The notes below the pieces were generated by a model that saw nothing but the letters and a program-made list of their open reading frames with translations, searched no databases and had not been told where the DNA came from. A DNA stretch of 64,000 nt from Macrostomum lignano. Its lineage: Eukaryota. The stretch covers positions 186,001-250,000 of the forward strand of contig NIVC01000219.1 of assembly GCA_002269645.1 (NCBI GenBank). The letters run 5' to 3'. This document shows positions 54,799 through 64,000 of this stretch, in pieces. Position numbers and translations under genes: made by a program. Numbering within the stretch: position 1 is the first letter of the stretch; each line of letters begins with the position of its first letter.

Positions 54799-57633
54799 TA
54801 CTAGTGCTACTACTACTGCTACCACTACTACTACTACTAATGCTACTACTACTACTACTAGTACTACTACTACTGCTACCACTACTACTACTACTAATGC
54901 TACTACTACTACTACTAGTAGTACTACTACTAATGCTACTACTACTACTATTAATGCTACTCCTACTACTACTAATGCCACTACTACTACTACTACTAAT
55001 GCTACTACTACTACTACTAGTACTACTACTAATGCTACTACTACTACTACTAGTACTACTACTAATGCTACTACTACTACTACTAGTACTACTACTAATG
55101 CTACTACTACTACTACTACTAATGCTACTACTACTACTAGCCCTTACCCGATATCCCTTCTCAACCCGCAGCTTCGACCTGGTGCTGGACTGCACAGACA
55201 ACGTGGCCACCCGCTATCTAATCAATGACGCCTGCGTCCTAGCCGGCAAACCGCTGGTATCCGGCGCTGCTCTCGGCTTTGAAGGGCAACTCTGCGTGTA
55301 CAATCACCGCGGCGGGCCGTGCTACCGGTGTCTGCACCCGGCCCCGCCTCCGCCCGAGACCGTGGTGTCCTGCGCCGAGGGTGGCGTACTGGGTTTAGTG
55401 CCAGGCATTATTGGTAGCATGCAGGTATAATAATTCATGTCCTGTCATGTCCTTCTCTGTCACCTCGCATTTCCTCCGTTAATATCCCTCGCTTCCCCCC
55501 TCTATCCTTCCCCATCCCCCCTCGCTTCCCCCCTCTATCCTTCCCATCCCCCTCGCTTCCCCACTCTATCCTTCCCCATCTCCCCTCGGCTCCTCTCTCT
55601 ATCCTTCATTCCTTCCCCATCTCCCCCTCGCTTCCCCTCTCTATCCTTCCCCATCTCCTCTCGCTTCCTCTCTTATCCTTCCCCATCTCCCCCCTCGCTT
55701 CCCCTCTCTATCCTTCCCCATCTCCCCTCGCTTCCCCTCTCTATCCTTCCCCATCTCCTCTCGCTTCCTCTCTTATCCTTCCCCATCTCCCCCCTCGCTT
55801 CCCCTCTCTATCCTTCCCCATCTCCTCTCGCTTCCTCTCCTATCCTTCCCCATCTCCTCTCGCTTCCTCTCCTATCCTTCCCCATCTCCCCCCTCGCTTC
55901 CCCTCTCTATCCTTCCCCATCTCCCCTCGCTTCCCCTCTCTTTCCTTCCCCATCTCCTCTCTATCCTTCATTCCTTCCCCATCTCCCCCTCGCTTCCCCT
56001 CTCTATTCTTCCCCATCTCCCCTCGCTTCCCCACTCTATCCTTCACCAAATTCTCCTCATTTTCTCATTATTCAGGCTCTGGAAGCAGTCAAAGTGATCC
56101 TGCAGCCGGTTCAGGCGAAAGCCAATCTGTCAGCTACTGGCACTGACGAGCAGCAGCCGCCGCAGGCGCCCAAACAACAGCTGAGACTATTCAACGCCTT
56201 AGAGAGCTCCCTACGCTGCGTAGCTATCAGGAAACGCTCGCCAGGCTGCGAAGTCTGCGGTCGGGAGCCTCGCATTGTCGACGTGCGCTCCGTTGATTAT
56301 GAAGCTTTCTGCGGCCTGCCAGCCTGCGACTTGGTGACGCCAAGGACGCCGCTGCCCGGTCAGACTCGAATCAGCGCCACCGAGTTTGCTAAGGTTTGTT
56401 TTGCAGCTTCACTTGTGTTTAGGCTTGTATTGCCGTTAGCTAGCCAGGTTCTGGAATTTTAGGTCTCTAGACACTAACATCTCGTCTAAGGACTAGCTTT
56501 AGACCTTTGAGAGCCCTATGTTAAGCTTCAGGAGCACATCCAATCTGAAGAGTCTGTTGTACAGCCAGAACCTGAAGGGCCTGTTTTACACCCAGAACCC
56601 GAAGGGCCTAGTGTACACCCAGAACCTAGGGTGTCTGTTGTACACCCAGAACGTAGGGTGTCTGTTGTACACCCAGAACCTAGGGTGTCTGTTGTACACC
56701 CAGAACCTGAAGGCCAATGAAGTGTCTGTTGTACACCCAGAACCTGAAGGCCAATGAAGTGTCTGTTGTACACCCAGAACCTGAAGGCCAATGAAGAGTC
56801 TGTTGTACACCATTGTACACCATGCAACCATTGGTTTTAAACCCGCGCCACCATCAGGTGTACAATGCCGCCGGATCGTTGCCGACAGAACAGCGATCGC
56901 CGCGTCTGCTTCTCGACGTTCGTCCGGAATGCGAGTTTGCCATCTGCCGGCTTCGTGGCAGCCTGAACGTGCCGCTGTCTCGATTGGCCCAGCCTGTTGG
57001 CAAAAGTCTGCTGGCTGAGGCTCTGCATCCTCTGTTAAACAGTTCTTTGGCTGCCGGAGATGCCAGCCTCTGCGATAAGGACAAACTTTTGCCAGGTGAG
57101 CTGTTTCCTTTAGTTGCAACTGGAGTTTTTGCTCCAGGAATTCGATTTACTGAAAGTTTCGTTTTTAAATCTAATTAAAGATCACCCTCAGATCTCATCG
57201 AAAATCGCCCTAACGAATCCTGTAAATAATCGCCCTCCAATGCTTATGAAAATTATTCTCAAATCCCAATGCAATACCGGCCTTCAATACTGCTAAACAT
57301 CGGCCTCCAATACTACTGAAAATTGGCCTTCAATCCCAGTGTAAAATAGGCCTTCAATACTACTGAAAATAGGTCTTCAATATGACTGAAAATCGCCCTG
57401 TAGTTAGATTAAAAACGACTTTTTCACTCTATTTTTCAACTTAACTTTTTATGCAACAACCATCGCCCTCGCCGTTCCCAGTGTACGTAATCTGTCGCCG
57501 TGGCAACGACTCTCAAGTGGCGGTTCGCATCCTGCAAGAGCAGCTGGCTGACCGGCCCTGCCGTCTAATAGACATTGCTGGCGGCCTCACCGCCTGGGCT
57601 GCTCAAGTTGATCGAGAATTCCCTATTTATTAA
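53353..57633 (+). CDS. MOCS3: Adenylyltransferase/sulfurtransferase MOCS3/UBA4 (ThiF/MoeB plus rhodanese)
   Basis: Exons 53353-53542, 54282-54402, 54494-54568, 55172-55424, 56076-56393, 56858-57095, 57482-57633. Motifs [33 protein letters not shown], CxxC, LLDVR and the rhodanese ICRRGNDSQ. Confidence 0.96.
53685..54262. repeat. 27-bp minisatellite (GGATCCCTAATGGAAAATCACTCTCTT) in MOCS3 intron 1
   Basis: Visible tandem array running up to the acceptor region. Confidence 0.93.
54655..55140. repeat. (TAC)n-derived microsatellite in a MOCS3 intron
   Basis: Direct observation. Confidence 0.93.
55470..56045. repeat. Pyrimidine-rich minisatellite (CCTTCCCCATCTCCCCTCGCTTCCCCTCTCTAT-like)
   Basis: Direct observation. 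Confidence 0.9.
56545..56812. repeat. 27-37-bp minisatellite (TGTTGTACACCCAGAACC... variants)
   Basis: Direct observation. Confidence 0.85.
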
Positions 57634-58235
57634 TTAATAATTCTTACTAATTAACAGGTCTTTTGTACTATATCAAAAAGATAGGTCACTGAGCTTTGAA
57701 TAGATAAACAGACACAAATAATTTGATCGAGTTTGCTTATAAAGGCAAAGAAGAAGGGTGGTTCAGTCAGGGTGGCTCCTTTTTTTAAACTCTTGGTGCC
57801 CTTCACTTTTAGATTTTTCTTTTAGTCTGTGTAAAATAAAGTTTGAAAAGTTGATTAACGTGCGCATTTCTACTAATGGTAGTATTTTAGTAGTGCATAA
57901 TTAACGACTTAAGTCTGCTTTTATAGAAACTCGATTTCCTCTAGGGGATCTGGTAAAAAAATTTCGGGTCAGTTATTTGTTCTCAAATCAGTTTATTCTC
58001 GGTGAATTGTTTATTTAATTTTTTAATGGCAAATATTTTAATTGTATATGTTAATTAGTTCGTATGTTAATGCTTATAAACCCCGAATACATGTTAATGT
58101 GTTTCTATTTTTAAATTCAGCTGAAATTTTTTGTCAATTCTATGTTTATTCTTGTCTACAAAGTGCAAAAAATCGATAAAAACTTTCTATTACTTTCTTT
58201 TTGAAGCGGCCCATGATTAGCTGCGCCCCTCTCAT

Positions 58236-58502
58236 CCAATCAGATTAGGCTTAGGCTAGACTATGGGGAGGACCCATAGTTTAGGTCACGTGATTTAGCT
58301 AGCGCTCCGCTCAGCCAATCAGATTAGACCTAGACTGGACTATGGGAAGGAACCATAGTTTAAGTCACGTGATTTAGCTAGCGCTCCGCTCAGCCAATCA
58401 GATTAGGTCTAGACTGGACTATGGGAAGGAACCATAGTTTAGGTCACGTGATTTAGCTAGCGCTCCGCTTAGCCAATCAGATTAGGCCTAGACTAGACTA
58501 TA
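58236..58502. repeat. 79-bp tandem repeat (~3.3 copies) with a CCAAT box and an E-box in each unit
   Basis: CCAAT at 58236, 58315, 58394 and 58473; GTCACGTGA in each full unit. Confidence 0.9.
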
Positions 58503-59074
58503 GTTAGCACGGAAGAAAGATACGATTGAGGTGGCTGTTGATTGAGCTTCCTCCCTCGTCCTTATCTATAAGGCAATTTAGGTGTAAATGTAATCAGTTA
58601 ATTCCCTGTTTAAGCCAAGCTGCCGTAAATCGGTTTAAATTATGTTTTACTTATATTTACTTACTAATATGCTTGCTATATCCAGAGTCAGTGTTTTTAG
58701 TCAGACTGAGTAAGTAAGTAAATAAAATAAAAGTTTTAATGCTTTCAAAGCTATTTTGGAGATTGATAATTTATTGTAGCTTTTGTTACTTTTTCTACTT
58801 TTGAAGTAGTATGTAGGCTATTATTTATGCGATTCACACCCATGAGAGTCAGCCCCCAAAGCCACAGAGAGTGTGCATTCCTGACTACACTGAGACTTGA
58901 ACTGAATTGGGCTGAGGCTAATTCCGCTTTTGGCCATAGACTAAAGAAACACTTTATCCACTCTCGAGCTCGAATTGAATGTCATTCCGCATTTTACACT
59001 AAATATTCCAGCCGTTAACTTCACTAAAACGCAAATTCGACGCGTCCAGTAGTCGAGTTCAAGCCACCGCTAGC

Positions 59075-62000
59075 ATGGAAACCACGGCCAACAATAAGAA
59101 GAAAACCGATATTGATACCGCCGCTACTAAGAAACGCTTGCCAGTGTCATCGGCAGCGTCATCTTATCGCTTGCCTGTGCCACATCAGCAGCCGGCATCG
59201 CGTATCCAATCTCAGTTGAGGCCGCCAGCCGCAGGCGCTAGATTTGGTGCTGGATCTGCTGCTACTGCTGCCGGTACTGCCACTTCAGCTAAAGAGAACA
59301 AGCGACCATTGGTATCGGCAACAGCAGCCGCTGGAGGCCGATACCAGCTGCGGCATCCGGCGCCTAGACCTGCAGCTGGCCAGGCGCATCCTCCTTCATC
59401 AACATCTGCTGCGGCTGCTAAGACCGCTGCTGCCAATGCCGCGGCCCTCAGACTCCGGGCCGCTGCTGCCGCTGCCGCCGCGTCAACTCCAGCAGCAGCT
59501 TCAGCCTCTTCGTCATCCTCTGTGTCAGCTTCAACTTCGGAGCGCTTAAAACAGCTGACGGTGTCTTCTGCTGCCAAGCTGGCCCAGCAGGACAAGCTGA
59601 AATCCGCCACTAATATCGATATGATTAGGGCTAAGCTGAAGCAGACTGTTGCTGTCGATGCTGCTGCCTCCGGTTCCACCTCAGCATCCGCCTCAGCATC
59701 CGCCTCAGCTGTCGCTCCGTCTTCATCCGATGCCGATGCAGCCGCTAAACTGGGCCAAGTGAAGCTGGACGCCAACGGTCCAACTGGGGATATTAATCGT
59801 GAGGACAAGGAAACGCTCAGCGATACAATTTGTCGATTAGAATGCGAGGGTGACAATGAGCAGTCTGACAAGCAGAAGTCTGCTCGGCAGCAGAAACAGG
59901 TAAAGATCGATTCTTCATCGATTCTTAGTTACAAGAATTCTCATATGAAATACAGTTTTTATATTCTACTTGAGACTTAAAAATCCTAGTCCAAAAGTAA
60001 GAAGCCCCTTGAGTCTCCAACTCAAACTTAGGAATCCCCGTCCCAAACTTGGGAATCCCCGTCCCAAACTTAGGAATCCCCGTCCCAAACTTGGGAATCC
60101 CCGTCCCAAACTTAGGAATCCCCACCCAAACTTAGGAATCCCCACCCAAACTTAGGAATCCCCACCCCAAACTTTGGAATCCCCATCCAAAACTCGGGAA
60201 TCCCCATTCAAATCTCGGGAATCCCCATCCAAATCTCTGGAATCCCCATTCAAATCTTGGGAATCCCTATTCAAATTTCGGAAATCCCCATCCAAATCTC
60301 GGGAATCCCGATTCAAATCTTGGGAATTTACATTCAAATCTCGGGAATCCCTATCCAAATCTTGGAAATCCCTATTCAAAACTCGAAAATCCCCATTCAA
60401 ATCTCGGGAATTCCCATTCAAATCTCGGGAATTCCCACAAAGACTTAGTAAGGCATACTGTTCCTTGCTGCAACAATTCAGAAGAATCTGCAATATTCAA
60501 TAATATCAGGATTCGGGTCAGCAACACCAGCAGCAGCAGCAGCAACAACAGCAGCGCCAACGGGAGCAATGGTCAATCCAAGACTTCGACATTGGCCAGA
60601 TGCTTGGCCGCGGCAAATTCGGCTGCGTATTCCAGGGCCGCGAGAAGCGATCAGGTTTCCTAGTCGGCTTGAAGATCCTATTCAAGGCTCAGATTGATAA
60701 GTACGCCATTCACAATCAGATTCGCCGCGAAATTGAAATCCAAAGCCACCTGCAGCATCCCAATATCCTGAGACTGTACGCCTATTTTCACGATCCCCGG
60801 CGAGTCTACCTGGTGCTGGAGTTTGCCAGCGGCGGCGAACTCTTCAAAATGTTGTCCTCTGCCAGCCGCTTCAGCGACAGGCGGGCGGCCACCTACATCT
60901 ATCAGCTGCTGCACGCGCTGCGCTACTGCCACTCGCTCAATGTCTATCATAGGGATATTAAGCCCGAGAACCTGCTGCTGTCTGGCAGCGGAGCGCTTAA
61001 GGTAATCTCTGCTCCCTGCATCTCCCCTGCTCTCTGCATCTCCCCTGCTCCCTGCATCTTCCTCTGCTCCCTGCATCTCCCCTGCTCCCTGCATCTTCCT
61101 CTGCTCTCTGCATCTCCCCTGCTCCCTGCATCTTCCTCTGCTCCCTGCATCTCCCCTGCTCCCTGCATCTTCCTCTGCTCCCTGCATCTCACCTGCTCCC
61201 TGCATCTTCCTGTGCTCCATGCACCTCGCCTGCTCCCTGCATCTCCCCTGCTCCCTGCATCTCACCTGCTCCCTGCATCTCCATTGCTCCCTGCATCTCC
61301 CTGCTCCCTGCATCTCACCTGCTCCCTGCATCTCCATTGCTCCCTGCATCTCCCTGCTCCCTGCATCTTACTCTGCTCCCTGCAACTCACCTGCTCCCTG
61401 CATCTACCTGCTCCCTGCATCTCACCTGCTCCCTGCATCTCACCTGCTCCCTGCATCTCCCTGCTCCCTGCATCTTACTCTGCTCCCTGCATCTTACTCT
61501 GCTCCCTGCATCTCACCTGCTCCTTGCATCTCCCTGCTCCCTGCATCTCCCCTGCTCCCTGCATCTCACCTGCTCCCTACATCCTCCTGTGCTCCATGCA
61601 CCTCACCTGCTCCCTGCATCTCCTTTGCTCCCTGCATCTTACTCTGCTCCCTGCATCTCACCTGCTCCCTGCATCTCCCTGCTCCCTGCATCTTACTCTG
61701 CTCCCTGCATCTCACCTGTTCTCTGCATCTTTTTCTGCTCCCTGCATCTCCTCTTGCTCCCTGCATCTGAGCCTCTGCTCCCTGCATCTCACCTGTTCTT
61801 TGCATCTCTTCTGCTCCCTGCATCTGAGCCTCTGCTTCCTGCGCTGCTCCCTGCATCTCCCCTTCCTCTCTGCATCTCCTCTGCTCCCTGCATCTCCCCT
61901 TCCTCCCTGCATCTCCTCTGCTCCCTGCATCTCCTCTGCTCCCGGCTTCCTGCGTCTCCTCTGCTCCCTGCATCTCCCCTTCCTCCCTGCATCTCCTCTG

Positions 62001-62567
62001 CTCCCTGCATCTCCTCTGCTCCCTGCATCTCCCTGCTCCCTGCATCTCCCCTGCTCCCTGCATCTCCCTGCTCCCTGCATCCCCGGCTTCCTGCGTCTCC
62101 TCTGCTCGCACACCCCCCACTGACAATGTCCGGCCCTCCCGCAGATGGCCGACTTCGGCTGGTCGGTGCACTCGCCGGGCTCAAACAGGACCACCGTGTG
62201 CGGCACCCCCGACTACCTGCCGCCGGAGATGATCGCCAACAAGCGCTACGATCACCGGGTGGACATCTGGGCCACCGGGGTCCTGACCTACGAGTTCCTT
62301 CGCGGTGCGCCGCCATTCTACGACAGCAACGACCAGTTGAAAATGTCGAAAATTGTTCGCGGCAAATTTGACTGGCCGAAATTCTTTCAACCGTTGGCGA
62401 AATCTTTTATCGGCTCCATTCTGCGAGTCAATCCTGACGAACGGGCCAGCGTCCAGCAGCTCATGTCGCATGCTTGGATTGAGAACTTCGCCGAGAAGGT
62501 GCTGGATCGGGGGCCGGACCTCACTGGCGAGGCTGAGCGACTGGCAGCTGCGGGCTCGGCTAACTGA
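59075..62567 (+). CDS. Aurora-family Ser/Thr kinase
   Basis: Exons 59075-59899, 60510-61001, 62145-62567. KEN box (AKENKRP); WSIQDFDIGQMLGRGKFG, LKILFK, RREIEIQSHLQHPNILRLY, HRDIKPEN, ADFGWSVH, RTTVCGTPDYLPPEM. Confidence 0.96.
60015..60440. repeat. 21-bp minisatellite (GGAATCCCCGTCCCAAACTTA variants) in Aurora intron 1
   Basis: Direct observation. Confidence 0.88.
61005..62105. repeat. CTCCCTGCAT-core minisatellite filling Aurora intron 2
   Basis: Starts within a few nt of the donor at 61002 and ends about 40 nt before the acceptor at 62144. Confidence 0.93.
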
Positions 62568-62879
62568 CTGTGCGACTGCGACTGCGAAGCTTGATTTTTA
62601 TATTTAATTATACTAATCCTCTTCTTGTCGTGTTTTAATAGCTCCGATAGTATATAAATCTGTTTACCAAGTTGTCTATTGTAGTACCCTAATTATAGTA
62701 CACACTGCTCTTTAATATATCAAACCTATGATTTAAGGATAAAAATAAAATATAATAGAAGTACCGAATATGCAATCAGTCCCGTGGCTGAGTTCTGTTT
62801 TTGTGAGCTTGAACCTTCTATTATGCCATTTGCAAAACCACATGCCCCAAACTTCTCTCCCCAATACCTACTTCACAAA

Positions 62880-63432
62880 CCATCGACCCCACAAACCCTG
62901 ACCCCACAAGCCCTGACCCCACAACCTCAAACCACACAAACCCAAACCTCCCAACCCCCAACCCTACAACCCCTCCAACTTCGCAACCCGTAACCCCAGT
63001 TACCCCACACACCCTCCAAACCCACAACCCCCAACCCCACAAACCCTCCAAACCCACAACCCCCAACCCCACAAACCCTCCAAACCCACAACCCCCAACC
63101 CCACACACCCTCCAAACCCGCAACCCCCAACCCCACAAACCCTCCAAACCCACAACCCCCAACCCACAAACCCTCCAAACCCACAACCCCCAACCCCACA
63201 AACCCTCCAAACCCGCAACCCCCAACCCCACAAACCCTCCAAACCCACAACCCCCAACCCACAAACCCTCCAAACCCACAACCCCCAACCCCACAAACCC
63301 TCCAAACCCGCAACCCCCAACCCCACAAACCCTCCAAACCCACAACCCCCAACCCCACAAACCCTCCAAACCCACAACCCCCAACCCCACAAACCCTCCA
63401 AACCCGCAACCCCCAACCCCACAAACCCAACC
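62880..63432. repeat. ~32-bp C/A-rich minisatellite (AACCCCACAAACCCTCCAAACCCACAACCCCC)
   Basis: Direct observation. Confidence 0.92.
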
Positions 63433-64000
63433 CCACCACGTACCGCCGACCCCAGAAACCCAGCTGATTTTAGGTTACAATTTCTGAAGTACTTTTGCTG
63501 TTTAAACAAAATCCTCTTTCACAAACAAATTATTTTACGTCTCAGCTGATTGCACACCTTATTTATATCGTTGCTACAGGCATTTTAAAATAATTAATGC
63601 ATTTTGCTAAACCACTGCATTGCAACTGATTTATTGTTTACTTTTATACCAGTTTTCAGCTCAAATATTGTTTCATTGTGAAAAATTAAAGTGAAACAAA
63701 AATCAGCATTTCGCATGTAACAATGGTGCTTGATTACATTTGCTTTAATTTCTTGCTTTCTAATTTATCCATTCAATACCCCTGAGAGTTCACTAATGTG
63801 CTTCTCCTTCTTTACCCTGACAAATATTTTCCCATCAAATGGAAAGTCAAATATCGTTAATTCAAAGCTATTCGATGGTGTGTTTTTTTAGAAAATAAAA
63901 GCTTAAAATAACAAAATAAACGAAATATTATTTTTTAAAGCCGACCGTCTCATTGCTGTTTGAAACTGGAAAACTCAAATCTTACTCTGGTTGATTATTT

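Noticed and set aside
54587-56462. Poly-Ser/Leu/Val and Pro-rich ORFs
   Set aside because: Microsatellite and minisatellite translations within MOCS3 introns.
58236-58502. Regularly spaced repeats resembling a CRISPR array (also 39307-39530 and 6445-6870)
   Set aside because: Whole units repeat with no unique spacers, there are no cas genes, and the context is eukaryotic.
60600-62371. 507-aa and 344-aa ORFs with Cys/Leu/Pro-rich tails
   Set aside because: Aurora exon 2 read-through into the intron 2 minisatellite; a clean GT-AG intron 61002-62144 joins LK to MADFGW.

Overview
Eukaryotic, intron-rich animal DNA with GT-AG introns, many of them filled by minisatellites. The style fits a free-living flatworm such as Macrostomum, but the organism is an inference. 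Genes in order: (1) the 3' part of a LOXHD1-like multi-PLAT gene (+, 648-24236, 13 PLAT repeats in view); (2) nested antisense in one of its introns, a neuropeptide precursor encoding 14 copies of AGLLHF-amide (6376-7072); (3) a divergent 4-EF-hand calmodulin-like gene (-, 26610-34535); (4) an intronless secreted PAN/apple + LamG-like protein (36689-37657); (5) SERP1/RAMP4, MOCS3/UBA4 and an Aurora kinase, all on +. Mobile DNA: a young 5059-bp non-autonomous Gypsy-type LTR element (769-bp LTRs, tRNA-Leu PBS, PPT, AGTA target duplication) carrying gag plus an accessory ORF with its own TATA/GC-box promoter; a 1314-bp solo LTR; a 261-bp hAT-type MITE; CORE-type SINEs; RTE and integrase fragments; and a minimal hammerhead-ribozyme-like motif. 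The best candidates for novelty are the nested HF-amide neuropeptide gene, the LTR accessory transcription unit, the hammerhead motif, the RRxS-rich loops inserted into LOXHD1 PLAT domains, and the CCAAT/E-box tandem array upstream of Aurora. All exon boundaries and alignments were read by eye; no searches were run.
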